Assembly: GCA_963555995.3 (NCBI GenBank)
Contig: OY821641.1
Location: 1,504,001 to 1,568,000, forward strand
DNA: 64,000 nt
Reading direction: 5' to 3'
From: Vicinamibacteria bacterium
GTDB taxonomy: Bacteria > Acidobacteriota > Vicinamibacteria > Marinacidobacterales > Marinacidobacteraceae
The first letter of the stretch is position 1. Every line of letters starts with the position of its first letter. The notes under the pieces are model-generated. The model was not told the origin of the DNA and did not search any database. It saw only the letters and a list, made by a program, of their open reading frames with translations. Positions 1 to 9,120 of this stretch are shown piece after piece. A program made the position numbers and the translations under genes.

Positions 1-1358
1 GCGAGTTCGGGTCCGCCGGAACGGTTCACGAAGACGGCGCCGCGCGGGTCGGCGACGAGGGTCCCCGGTCCCTTGAGGGCGACCGCCGCTTCGGTCTCCC
101 GGGCGAGGCGCCGGGCCGATTGCAAGCGGTCCTCCTGGACCTCCGCGCTCGTCACGCCGAGCAACCGCGCGGCTTCGCCCGGATGGGGCGTCAGCGCGAG
201 TCCCGCCCGTGGGGCGAGGCGCGCGGCCTGGCCGGCCCACGCGTTCAGCCCGTCGGCGTCGAGCACGAGCGGCAGCGAAGTCGTGAGGACGATCCGGCGC
301 ACCGCCTCCTTTGTCTCCTCCCGGTTGCCGAGTCCGGGCCCGAGCGCGATCGCATCGCCGGCGAACCGTGCGATTTCCGGCACGCCGTCGAGCGAGATCT
401 CCCCGTCGCCGGAAGCGGGCAGGGGGAGCCGCATCGCTTCGGGCGGCAACCCCGTCAGCCCGTCGGCCGGCCCCGCCACGGTCAGCAGCCCGACACCCGC
501 CGAGAGGGCGCCCTGCGCCGCCAGCGCCGCCGCTCCGGGCATGCGCCGGGAGCCCGCCACGAGCAGCAGACGGCCGAGCTGCCCCTTGTGAACGCCGGGC
601 GCCCGAGCGGGGAAGAACGGGGCCACCCGGCGTTCGTCGTTGGTCCGGACCCCCCCGGTGCCGGCGTTCAGCCAGACCCGCGGGATCCCGATCTCGGCCA
701 CCCGGATGTCCCCGCAGGCGGCGCTCGCCGGATAGACGAAGTGGCAGATCTTCGGCGCCGCGAGCGCCACCGTGAGATCGGCGCGAAAGCAGAGGTCGGG
801 CGCCGACCCCGTATCGGCGGAGAGGCCGGTCGGGATGTCCACCGCGATCCGGACCGCATCCCGGAACTTCCCGACGTGATCCAGATCGGCGATCACCCGG
901 GCGGCAAGCCCCCGGAGCGGGCCGGAACTCCCCGTCCCCAGGATGGCGTCCACGATGACCCCGGGACGGGGGGCGGCAAGGCCGTCGGGACCGGTCTGCC
1001 GGAGCGCCCATTCCCAGGTGGCTTCGTCGGGGCAGGGAACGACGTGGAGCGCGAGCTGCATCGCCGTGTCGTAGTTCGCCTTCGTCTCGCCGGTGAGCCG
1101 TTCCGGGTCGGCCAGCAGCACCGCGGTGCCCCGCAGTCCGCGCGCCGCCAGCGCCCGCAGCGCCACCAGGCCGTCGCCTCCGTTGCCGCCCCGTCCGCAG
1201 AGGATGAGGGTCCGCCGGCCGCTCGCGCCCGCCTCGGCGGCGACCACGTCGGCAACCGCCCGTCCCGCGTTCTCCATCAGGACGCGCGCCGGAACCCCGG
1301 CTTCCTTGATGGTGTGGCGGTCCGCGTCGCGCATCTGCTGCGCGGTCAGTACGTCCAT
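1..1358 (-). CDS. nnr: bifunctional NAD(P)H-hydrate epimerase/dehydratase (YjeF/Nnr), 3' end outside window
   Basis: Manual translation gives MDVLTAQQMRDADRHTIKEAGVPARVLMENAG...GRGGNGGDG (YjeF_N) and a HKG...GSRRMPGAA carbohydrate-kinase-like region. Alternative ATG at 1367. Confidence 0.9.
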   Translation of the reverse strand, partial: MDVLTAQQMRDADRHTIKEAGVPARVLMENAGRAVADVVAAEAGASGRRTLILCGRGGNGGDGLVALRALAARGLRGTAVLLADPERLTGETKANYDTAMQLALHVVPCPDEATWEWALRQTGPDGLAAPRPGVIVDAILGTGSSGPLRGLAARVIADLDHVGKFRDAVRIAVDIPTGLSADTGSAPDLCFRADLTVALAAPKICHFVYPASAACGDIRVAEIGIPRVWLNAGTGGVRTNDERRVAPFFPARAPGVHKGQLGRLLLVAGSRRMPGAAALAAQGALSAGVGLLTVAGPADGLTGLPPEAMRLPLPASGDGEISLDGVPEIARFAGDAIALGPGLGNREETKEAVRRIVLTTSLPLVLDADGLNAWAGQAARLAPRAGLALTPHPGEAARLLGVTSAEVQEDRLQSARRLARETEAAVALKGPGTLVADPRGAVFVNRSGGPEL

Positions 1359-1409
1359 GACGTTCATTGTAGGAAAGGGGCCGGACCCGCCCCGCGTACC
1401 CTTTCCCCG

Positions 1410-2381
1410 GTGACTCTCTACTTTCCGGAAGCGCTCGTGCGCGAGGCCCTTCCCATGCGGGACGCCCTGGACGCGGTCGAGGCGGTGTTCCGGGAACTCG
1501 GCGAGGGGGGAGCCCAGAACCGGCCCCGGCAGCGGGTCCGGGTCCCGGGACGGATGCTGCACACGATGAGCGCCTCGAGCGCCGCGCTCGGGTATCTGGG
1601 CCTGAAGGCCTACCTGACGGGCCGGGACGGCATGCGCTTCGTGCTCCTCCTCTTCGACCAGGCGACCGGATCGCTCGCCGCCGTCATGGAAGCCGACGCC
1701 CTGGGACAGATCCGGACCGGCGCCGCCACCGGGGTCGCGGCGGACTATCTGGCCGCTCCCGGCGCGTCCAGCGCGGGGATCGTGGGGTGCGGGTACCAGG
1801 CCGAAACGCAGTTGGAAGCCCTCGCGCTGGTCCGGCCGCTCACCCGGGTGGAGGCGTTTTGCCGAAATCCGGAACGGCGAGCCCGGTTCGCGCGGAAGAT
1901 GTCCGGCCGGCTCGGCGTGGAGGTGGTCCCGGTGGCCAGCGGAGAGGCGGCGGTCCGCGGCAAGCCCATCGTGGTCGCGGTCACCAGCGCCGCCGAGCCG
2001 GTCGTCCGGGGGGAATGGCTTGCCCCGGACGCGTTCGTGGCGGCGGCGGGAGGAAACGCGCTCGGGCGGCGCGAACTCGACGGGGCCGCGGTGCGCCGCG
2101 CCGGCCGGGTCGTGGTGGACGACCGGGAGCAGGCGCGGATCGAGTGCGGCGACCTGGCGCCTCTCGTCGCCGCCGGGGAGTTGCGGTGGGACGACCTGGA
2201 GACGATCGGCGAGGTGGTGGCGGACGGGAAGGGGGGTGCGCGATCCGGGTCCGTCCTGTTCGAATCCCAGGGGATTGCGGCCGAGGACATCGCGGTGGCG
2301 GCGCTGGTGGTTGAGCGCGCAAACGCCGATGCGGCGCCGTTTCCCGGCGGCGGGGAGGAACCGGATAGAATCGCGCCATGA
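1410..2381 (+). CDS. ornithine cyclodeaminase/mu-crystallin family protein
   Basis: C-terminal part of ORF 120..2381: LGQIRTGAATGVA, GCGYQA, RRELD, FESQGIAAEDIA motifs; GTG start at 1410. Confidence 0.85.
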   Translation: MTLYFPEALVREALPMRDALDAVEAVFRELGEGGAQNRPRQRVRVPGRMLHTMSASSAALGYLGLKAYLTGRDGMRFVLLLFDQATGSLAAVMEADALGQIRTGAATGVAADYLAAPGASSAGIVGCGYQAETQLEALALVRPLTRVEAFCRNPERRARFARKMSGRLGVEVVPVASGEAAVRGKPIVVAVTSAAEPVVRGEWLAPDAFVAAAGGNALGRRELDGAAVRRAGRVVVDDREQARIECGDLAPLVAAGELRWDDLETIGEVVADGKGGARSGSVLFESQGIAAEDIAVAALVVERANADAAPFPGGGEEPDRIAP

Positions 2382-2605
2382 CTTCCTTCCTGTGGGTTCC
2401 GGTCCTCTTGGTCGGCCCTTTCGGCGCGACGGAACTCCTGATCATCCTGGGGATCGTCATTCTCATCTTCGGCGGTTCGCGTCTACCCCAGCTCGGGAAG
2501 GGTCTCGGAGCGGGGATCAGGAACTTCCGGAACTCCATGAAGAGCGTCACCAACCCGGACGCTGGCTCCGAGGGTGGCGACTCCTCCTCCAAGGAAGACG
2601 ACTGA
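2378..2605 (+). CDS. tatA: twin-arginine translocase TatA/TatE subunit
   Basis: GATELLIILGIVILIFGGSRLPQLGKGLGAGIRNFR signature. Confidence 0.92.
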   Translation: MTSFLWVPVLLVGPFGATELLIILGIVILIFGGSRLPQLGKGLGAGIRNFRNSMKSVTNPDAGSEGGDSSSKEDD

Positions 2606-2630
2606 GTTCGGCGGCGCAGTCACGCGCCGG

Positions 2631-2791
2631 CTTGGAACGCCGGCTTCAGCCGGCACAGCGGCCCGCAGGGTCGCGGGCGGTTCGCCGCTAACCCGGGTGC
2701 ATGGGCGCGCGCAGCCGGACCATCCCGGCGAATGGGTCCGTCCCGCCGCCCGCCTGCGGCGGGCTGTGCCGGCTGAAGCCGGCGTTCCAAG
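2631..2791. repeat. REP-like inverted pair (family 2)
   Basis: Perfect 29-bp inverted repeat CTTGGAACGCCGGCTTCAGCCGGCACAGC at 2631-2659 and its complement at 2763-2791, between convergent genes. Confidence 0.8.
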
Positions 2792-2863
2792 TCGGTGGCG
2801 CCATCACGGCTCTTGGCCAGTCCCGCAGGACTGCATTTCCACAGCAGCTCGGGCGATGCTCCG

Positions 2864-3943
2864 CTAGACCACGACCCGCAACCCGTCGTGGGCCCGCTCG
2901 AAGGCCAGGCCGGTCGCGCCGAGAATGTTCTCGCCGGTATGCACGAGCAGCACCCGGCGGGCGGTGATCCGGGACGCCGCGTCCTCCAGTTCGCGATGGG
3001 AGGTGTGACCGGGGAGCGCCTCGAGGGACGTGCACTCGTGGATCAGGAGGTCGGCCGCGGCCGACTCGGCGATCAGTTCATCGTTGAAGGCGGTGTCGCC
3101 CGAATAGACGACGGTGCGGCCACCTAACTCGAGTTTCCACGAGAACGCCCAGGCTTCGGGCTGGTGGCGCGCCGCCAGGGCCCGGGCGGAGCCGCCGCCG
3201 AGGGTTGCCGGCAGGCCGACGGTCTCGCCGGGGAGCGCCTCGGTGATCTCTTCCTCGAAACGGAGGGGCAGATCGCGGTAGAGGCACTCCCGGAGGGTCG
3301 CCAGGCGTTCCCGCGCGCCCGGGGGGGCGATGATCCGGAGCGGTTCGCGCCGCCCGTTCCGCATCGCGTCGAGTTCGAGGAACGGGACCCCCCCGTAGTG
3401 GTCTCCGTGGAAGTGGCTCAGCGCCACGGCTCCGAGATCGTCGCTCGTGAGCCCTTCCGCGCGGAGGGCGGCGTGGCAACCCGGCCCGGCGTCCAGGAGG
3501 AGCCCGAGCCCGGAGCCGAGCGCCCGCACGAAGATCGCGGCCTGGCGCCTTCCGCCCGAGCCGAAGGCGTCGCCGGTCCCGAGAAAACGCACTTCGACTC
3601 CCTCACCGGCGCTCCGCGGTCCGGCCGGCCGGGGACTCCGCGCCGCCGCCCGCTGGCATCCCCGGCAGACGAAGGGCCGCCGCCCTTCACCCTCCGCCTT
3701 CGGGTCGAGCGCCCGGTCGCACCGCCGGCAGCACTCGCGCCGGGGCGCGGGAAGCGCCTCCGCATGGCGTTCGAGCATCTCCGCGACGAAGGCCACGATG
3801 CGTTCCCGGTCCCCGGCGGCGAAGAGCCGGGAGTCCTCGAGCGGATCCTCGTCCGGCCGCGGCCGGGCGATCAGGCGGACCTCGACGGTCCGGCCCGAAC
3901 CGTCGTCCTCGTCGGGGTCGGCGAGGATGCGGATCTCGAGCAA
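2864..3943 (-). CDS. MBL-fold metallo-hydrolase (RNase Z/BN-like) with N-terminal CxxC/CxxC extension
   Basis: FLGTGDAFG, SHFHGDH, YSGDT, HECT, H..H motifs; start inferred at TTG 3943 just after the larE stop. Confidence 0.75.
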   Translation of the reverse strand: MLEIRILADPDEDDGSGRTVEVRLIARPRPDEDPLEDSRLFAAGDRERIVAFVAEMLERHAEALPAPRRECCRRCDRALDPKAEGEGRRPFVCRGCQRAAARSPRPAGPRSAGEGVEVRFLGTGDAFGSGGRRQAAIFVRALGSGLGLLLDAGPGCHAALRAEGLTSDDLGAVALSHFHGDHYGGVPFLELDAMRNGRREPLRIIAPPGARERLATLRECLYRDLPLRFEEEITEALPGETVGLPATLGGGSARALAARHQPEAWAFSWKLELGGRTVVYSGDTAFNDELIAESAAADLLIHECTSLEALPGHTSHRELEDAASRITARRVLLVHTGENILGATGLAFERAHDGLRVVV

Positions 3944-3948
3944 GCGCG

Positions 3949-4791
3949 CTACGCGTGGGCGCCGGGGGAGAGGAAGGCCAGGTCGCGGTCCGGGTCGAAG
4001 GGGGCGGCGAGCCCCGCGGGCCGGTAGCCGCGGAGGTCCACCGCCACCCGGCGGTACCCGAGGCCGAGCAGGCGTTCCGCGAGGCGGCCTCCGACCTCCG
4101 GCCGCAGGGCGCGGTTGATCTGGGCCGGCGGCAGTTCGATGCGGGCGAGGTCCCCGTGGTGGCGGACCCGGAAGGCGGAAAAACCGAACTCCCGGAGCGC
4201 TTCCTCTCCGGCCTCCACCCGGTTCAGGACCCCGGCATCGATCGGAATCGTTCCGGGAACGCGGGAGGCGAGACAGGCGGAAGCCGGTTCCTCGGCCACC
4301 GGCAGGCCCAGTTCGCGGGCCAGCGTCCGGATGGCCGCCTTGCCGATTCCGGCTTCGAGGAACGGTGAGCGAACCCCGTAGAGCGCCGCCGCGCGCCGCC
4401 CCGGCCGGACGTCCCCGACGTCGTCGGCGTTCGTCCCGTCGAGGACCGCGGCGAAGCCGCGCGCGTCGGCGACCTCCCGCAGCAGGCGGTAGAGCTCGTT
4501 CTTGCAGTGAAAGCAGCGATCCGTCCCGTTCCGGCGGTAGTCCGCGGACGCCAGCTCGTCCGTCGCGAGCCATTCGTGGGGCAGGGGATGCGCGCGGAGT
4601 ACCGACTCCACGAGCGTCCGCTGATGGCGGGAGAGGCTGGCGCTCACCCCGGTGACCGCCAGGCTGCGCTCGCCGAGCGCCCGATGGGACAGCACCGCCA
4701 GCGTCGCACTGTCCACACCGCCGCTGAGCGCCACGACCGCCGAACCCTGCGCCTCGATCGCGGCAAGCACCGGGTTCCGCGCCTCAGACAC
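3949..4791 (-). CDS. larE: LarE-family ATP-dependent sacrificial sulfur transferase (PP-loop)
   Basis: ALSGGVDS PP-loop, RCFHCK, DGTNADD, ACLASR, RVRHHG. Confidence 0.88.
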   Translation of the reverse strand: MSEARNPVLAAIEAQGSAVVALSGGVDSATLAVLSHRALGERSLAVTGVSASLSRHQRTLVESVLRAHPLPHEWLATDELASADYRRNGTDRCFHCKNELYRLLREVADARGFAAVLDGTNADDVGDVRPGRRAAALYGVRSPFLEAGIGKAAIRTLARELGLPVAEEPASACLASRVPGTIPIDAGVLNRVEAGEEALREFGFSAFRVRHHGDLARIELPPAQINRALRPEVGGRLAERLLGLGYRRVAVDLRGYRPAGLAAPFDPDRDLAFLSPGAHA

Positions 4792-5287
4792 CGTCCGCCC
4801 TCCAGTCGCCGCTCGCCCCGCCGCGCTTTTCGAGGAGGCGGACGGGGCCGATCACCATCGCCCGGTCCGCGGCCTTCAGCATGTCGTAAACCGTGAGGGC
4901 GGCCACCGAAGCGGCGGCCAGCGCCTCCATCTCCGCCCCGGTGGAGGCCCGGCAGCGTATCCGGGACACGATGCGGACCCCCGTCTCCTCGAACGCCGCC
5001 GAGACTTCGGCGTGGTCGAGGGGCAGGGGATGACACAGCGGGATCAGGGTGGAGCAGGTCTTCGCCGCCTGAATCCCGGCGAGGCGCGCGGTGTCCAGCA
5101 CGCTGCCCTTGGGTGCGTTTCCGCGGCGCGCCAGCGCGAGCGCCGCCTCCGAGACCTTCACGAAGGCCTCGGCGGCGGCTTCGCGCGAGGTGACGGGCTT
5201 GGCCCCCACGTCCACCATGCGGGGGCTTCCCCCGGAATCCACATGGCTGAGGGTCGCCGGGGACGCCGGGCGCTCACCGGAACTCAT
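4784..5287 (-). CDS. moaC: cyclic pyranopterin monophosphate synthase
   Basis: LSHVD...MVDVGAK, LIPLCHPL, EMEAL, YDMLKA. Confidence 0.95.
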   Translation of the reverse strand: MSSGERPASPATLSHVDSGGSPRMVDVGAKPVTSREAAAEAFVKVSEAALALARRGNAPKGSVLDTARLAGIQAAKTCSTLIPLCHPLPLDHAEVSAAFEETGVRIVSRIRCRASTGAEMEALAAASVAALTVYDMLKAADRAMVIGPVRLLEKRGGASGDWRADGV

Positions 5288-6549
5288 CGGCGGGGATCAT
5301 GCCATCCGGCCCCGGCGTCGGGGAACCCGGGGAGCGGTTGCGCTTGGACGCTCGCGCCGGCGGGGACCGCCTCCGTGTCCTCGGGCACGATCACGAGGGC
5401 GTTGGCGAGCGCCACCGCGGCGATGTCGCCCGACCCCTGGGAGCGGATCGGCTGCGCCGCCAGGGTCCCGTCGTCCGAGACCCCCACCCGCGCGGGCAGG
5501 AAGGCGCGCCGCGGTCCGCGCGCCGTGACCGGGGCCAGGAGGCGCACCGAGGGGCGCGGCCGCCGCGGATCGGCGAGGCCCTGCATCGCGTCGAGCGCCG
5601 GACGGGCGAGGACCTCGAAGGTGGTGAGCGCCGAAACCGGATTGCCCGGCAGACCGAAGACGAGCACCGGACGGGCGTCCCCGGTGATCCCGAAGACGAA
5701 GGGTTTGCCGGGACGGATGGCGACCGCGGTCACCAGCAGCCGGACCCCGGCGCGCTCCAGCACCGGCTCGACGTAGTCATAGCGGCCCATGGACACGCCG
5801 CCGGTGATGAAGAGCACGTCGGAAGCGAGTCCGGATGCGGTGGCGGCGGCGAGCTGGCGGGGGTCATCGGCGGCGAACCCCAGGCGCCGGACCGGGAGCC
5901 CCAGGGCGCGGCAGCGGGCGGCGATCAGGTGACTGTTGGCGTCCCGGATCTGCGCGGGCCGCAGTCGGACCGTTCTCGGGTGCCGGAGTTCGTCGCCGGT
6001 GGAGAACACGGCGATCCGCGGCCGCCGGGCGACCTCCACCCGGACCTTGCCGACGGTGGCGAGGAGCCCGACGCCCGCCGGCGAGACCCGGACGCCGGCC
6101 TCCAGGAGCTTCGCGCCCCTCCGGACCTCGGCGCCGCGGGCGGTGACGCGGCTCCCCGGCTCGACCGGGGGCGGGGTCCTTCCCGGGGCCGGCCACTCGA
6201 CGAAGTCTCCGTCGCGAACGGTGTCCTCGACCATGATGGCGGCGTCGGCCCCCTCCGGCAGCGGGGCGCCCGTCATGACCGCCGCCGCCTCCCCCGGGCC
6301 CAGCCGGACCTCCGGCATCGTCCCCGCGGGGATCTGGGCGACCACCCGCAGCCGGCCGCCCTCCGAGAGGCAGGCGGCGCGGACGGCATAGCCGTCCACC
6401 GCCGAGCGGTGGAAGGGGGGCAGGTCCCGGTCCGCGAACACGTCCTCGCGGAGCACCCGGCCGCGGGCCCGCCCGAGCCCGACCGTCTCGGCCGGCAGGC
6501 GCGGAGTCCGCTCGAGGATCCGGCGGAGCGCCTCCTCGACCGGAATCAA
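5284..6549 (-). CDS. moeA: molybdopterin molybdotransferase
   Basis: PPFHRSAVDGYA, MTGAPLPEGAD, STGDEL, TGGVSMG, FGLPGNP; TTG start at 6549 inferred. Confidence 0.93.
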   Translation of the reverse strand: MIPVEEALRRILERTPRLPAETVGLGRARGRVLREDVFADRDLPPFHRSAVDGYAVRAACLSEGGRLRVVAQIPAGTMPEVRLGPGEAAAVMTGAPLPEGADAAIMVEDTVRDGDFVEWPAPGRTPPPVEPGSRVTARGAEVRRGAKLLEAGVRVSPAGVGLLATVGKVRVEVARRPRIAVFSTGDELRHPRTVRLRPAQIRDANSHLIAARCRALGLPVRRLGFAADDPRQLAAATASGLASDVLFITGGVSMGRYDYVEPVLERAGVRLLVTAVAIRPGKPFVFGITGDARPVLVFGLPGNPVSALTTFEVLARPALDAMQGLADPRRPRPSVRLLAPVTARGPRRAFLPARVGVSDDGTLAAQPIRSQGSGDIAAVALANALVIVPEDTEAVPAGASVQAQPLPGFPDAGAGWHDPRR

Positions 6550-6669
6550 GAACGCCTCGAGATCACGGAGTCGTGGGGTCCACGTACACACCCCGGCGGA
6601 GCGCCGGCGCCATCACGAGGGTCGGCGTTCCCGGCCGACGGCGCCATCTTGATGACCGGGAGGGCGTTG

Positions 6670-7017
6670 TCAGGCGTCGGTGGTGAAGCTGGCGACCGCC
6701 TGATCCTCGGTCTCGAACACCTCGAACAGCGGCAGCACCCGCGCGATGTTCATGACGTGGACGACGCGCTCCCGCGGATGGAGCGCCTTGAGGGCGCCGC
6801 CGGCGCGGGCGACGCGCCGCGCGGAGGCGACGAGTTCGCCGAGGCCCGCGCTGTCGATCGCGCTGACGCCGCTGAGGTCCACAACGATCCGGGTGCGGCC
6901 CGAATCGAGGAGCACGTCCACGGCCTCCCGCAGCTCCTGGTCACCGTGGCCGTCCACCAGGCGGCCGCTCAGTTGCAGGAGCGAGACGCCGGCGCGTTCC
7001 TTCAGGTCGAGTTGCAT
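6670..7017 (-). CDS. STAS-domain anti-sigma factor antagonist (RsbV/SpoIIAA-like)
   Basis: IVVDLSGVSAIDSAGLGELV with the phosphoacceptor DSAG motif. Confidence 0.9.
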   Translation of the reverse strand: MQLDLKERAGVSLLQLSGRLVDGHGDQELREAVDVLLDSGRTRIVVDLSGVSAIDSAGLGELVASARRVARAGGALKALHPRERVVHVMNIARVLPLFEVFETEDQAVASFTTDA

Positions 7018-7039
7018 CAGCAGCCGGTGGCGGAACTCA
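7018..7039. repeat. solo terminal remnant of the 181-bp element family
   Basis: The minus strand reads AGTTCCGCCACCGGCTGCT, identical to the outer right end of the element at 25260-25278. Confidence 0.6.
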
Positions 7040-8938
7040 TCCGATCAGGTCGTTGAGCGCCTGGCGATCAATGCGGACCTCGTAGCGCTCGCCCGCGGCC
7101 CCGACGAAGGCGGCCCACACCCGCTGTTTCTTCTCTTCGGCCATCTGGGCGCGGAAGGGTTCCTTCTGCTCTTCGAACGTCGTCTCGGCAAAACCCTCCT
7201 TCGCGTTGATCCGGACGACGGCGTAGCCGCGGTCCGCCGCGAGGGGGCCGACGACGTCGCCGACCTCGGCGTCGAAGACGGTCTCCTCGTGGTTGGGGAG
7301 CATCCCGGCGATCCCGAGCGGACTGCCGCGGAACCAGCGCTCCACCGGCGTCGGATCGGTCTCGGCGGTCCGGCCGCCGGCGACGAGCTCCCGAAGCGCC
7401 CGGCCGGCCTCCTCGACCAGCGACCGGGCCCGCTCTTCTTCCAGTTTGGCGGTCACCCGCTCGCGGATGTCCTCGAACTCGGGGACGTGGGGCGGCCGTT
7501 CCTCGAGGACTTCCACGAAGCCGTAGCCGGTCGGCAGCCGGACCGGGCCGCCCACCGCGCCGATCTCGAGGTCGAAGGCGAGCGTGGAGAGTTGCGCCGA
7601 ACCGGCCCCGGCCACCGGGTCCCCGGCGGCGAAGAAATCCGATTCCTGGGGAATCAGCAGCGGATGGTCGCGTGTCAGATCGTCCAGCGAATTGGCGCCG
7701 GCGACGAGCCCCTCGAGTTCGAGGGCCCGCTCGGTGAGGAGGTCGCCGGCCTTTTCCTGCCGCAGGCGGGTCTCGATCTCTCCCTCCACCTCGCTCAGCT
7801 CCCGGGTCTGTGCGGGTTGGCGGCTGTCGAGCCGCACCACGTGCCAGCCGTAGTCGGTGCGGACGGGATCGCTGATCTCGCCCGGCATCATGCCGAAGAC
7901 CGCTTCCGAGAACTCGGGCACCATTTCCTCCGGCCCGAAGACTCCGAGGGCGCCCCCCGCTTCGCGGGTCGCTTCATCGGCGGAATAGGTGCGGGCGAGC
8001 TCCGCGAAGTCCTCGCCGGTTCGCGCCCGGTCGGCGAGACGGGCCGCGAGGGTGCGGGTGGCGTCCTCATCGGCCTCCGTCTCGGCCTGCAGCAGGATGT
8101 GACTGGCTTCCGCCTGCTCCCCCGTCTGGTACTGGAACAGGTTGCGGTTGTAGTAGCGCTGGATCTCGCGCTGCCGGACCGAAACCTCCTCCGCGAGGAT
8201 CTGCTCGGAGAGCGTCAGGTAGCGGATGCGCCGCTGCTGCGGAACCTCGAACGCCGCCGGCTCGGCCTCGTAGCGCTCGCGCGCCTCCGCCTCCGTGACC
8301 TCCACGTCGCCGCGCCGGCTGTCCACGGTCAGGAACCAGACGTCGAGCGAGGCGTTCTCGTTGCGGCGCCGGTATTCCTCCCGGAGTTCCAGATCGGAGA
8401 CGTGCGGCGACTCGGTGATCAGCGCCCGGAGCTTCTCCGTCATCAGGTCGGACCGGATGGAATCCTCGAAATCGCGCGGGTTCAGCCGGGCGGCGCGCAG
8501 CATGCCGAGATAGGCGTCCCGGCCGATGAAGACGCCGTTCTCCTGGAAGGTGGGGGAGGTGGCGATGCTGCTGCCGACTTCGGCGTTCGTGACCTCGATG
8601 CCGAGCCGTTCCGCCTCCCGGACGAGCACCCGGCTGCGCACCAGTTCGCCCACGACCTGCTCCGGGATACCGAGCTGGCGCGCGAGGGCGGGCGAGAAGT
8701 CGCCGCCGCTCTGTTCCTGGTACACGCGCGCCACGTTCCGGTAGCGGTCCAGGAAGGTGGATGCCGAGATCGCCTCGCCGTCCACCCAGGCGACACCGCG
8801 GCGCATCGCGGCGGTGGCCGGATCTCCCATGAAATCCGGGAAATAGAGGGCGACGAACGCCAGGATGACCAGCCCGAGCAGGCCGGCGCCGAGGAACCAG
8901 CCGACCGATCGGCGGTTGCGGAAGTACTCGAGGATCAT
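7037..8938 (-). CDS. ppiD: PpiD/SurA-like periplasmic chaperone / parvulin PPIase
   Basis: N-terminal TM, SurA_N region, ASHILL...FAELARTYSAD...GGALG...MVPEF...TDYGWHVV rotamase domain. Confidence 0.85.
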   Translation of the reverse strand: MILEYFRNRRSVGWFLGAGLLGLVILAFVALYFPDFMGDPATAAMRRGVAWVDGEAISASTFLDRYRNVARVYQEQSGGDFSPALARQLGIPEQVVGELVRSRVLVREAERLGIEVTNAEVGSSIATSPTFQENGVFIGRDAYLGMLRAARLNPRDFEDSIRSDLMTEKLRALITESPHVSDLELREEYRRRNENASLDVWFLTVDSRRGDVEVTEAEARERYEAEPAAFEVPQQRRIRYLTLSEQILAEEVSVRQREIQRYYNRNLFQYQTGEQAEASHILLQAETEADEDATRTLAARLADRARTGEDFAELARTYSADEATREAGGALGVFGPEEMVPEFSEAVFGMMPGEISDPVRTDYGWHVVRLDSRQPAQTRELSEVEGEIETRLRQEKAGDLLTERALELEGLVAGANSLDDLTRDHPLLIPQESDFFAAGDPVAGAGSAQLSTLAFDLEIGAVGGPVRLPTGYGFVEVLEERPPHVPEFEDIRERVTAKLEEERARSLVEEAGRALRELVAGGRTAETDPTPVERWFRGSPLGIAGMLPNHEETVFDAEVGDVVGPLAADRGYAVVRINAKEGFAETTFEEQKEPFRAQMAEEKKQRVWAAFVGAAGERYEVRIDRQALNDLIG

Positions 8939-9120
8939 GGCAACCCGCCATGGTACCGCCGCGGACGGCCGGCCGGCAAACCCGGACGGGGAAACGCGGG
9001 TCTCAGAATGTCACGACCGCGGCTTCGCTGGTAATCTCTAGGATCGCGCGGCTCCCGCCGCTTTCCCCGTCCCGGCCTTCCTGAAATGCTCGACACCGTG
9101 CCGCTACCCGGCTCCGCCTG

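Noticed and set aside
120-1409. Long N-terminal extensions and long antisense ORFs in the track (e.g. 120..1409, 6746..9034, 14014..15138, 57632..60142, 60641..63481)
   Set aside because: Shadow frames typical of high-GC DNA; they overlap well-supported genes and have Arg/Pro/Gly-rich, motif-free translations
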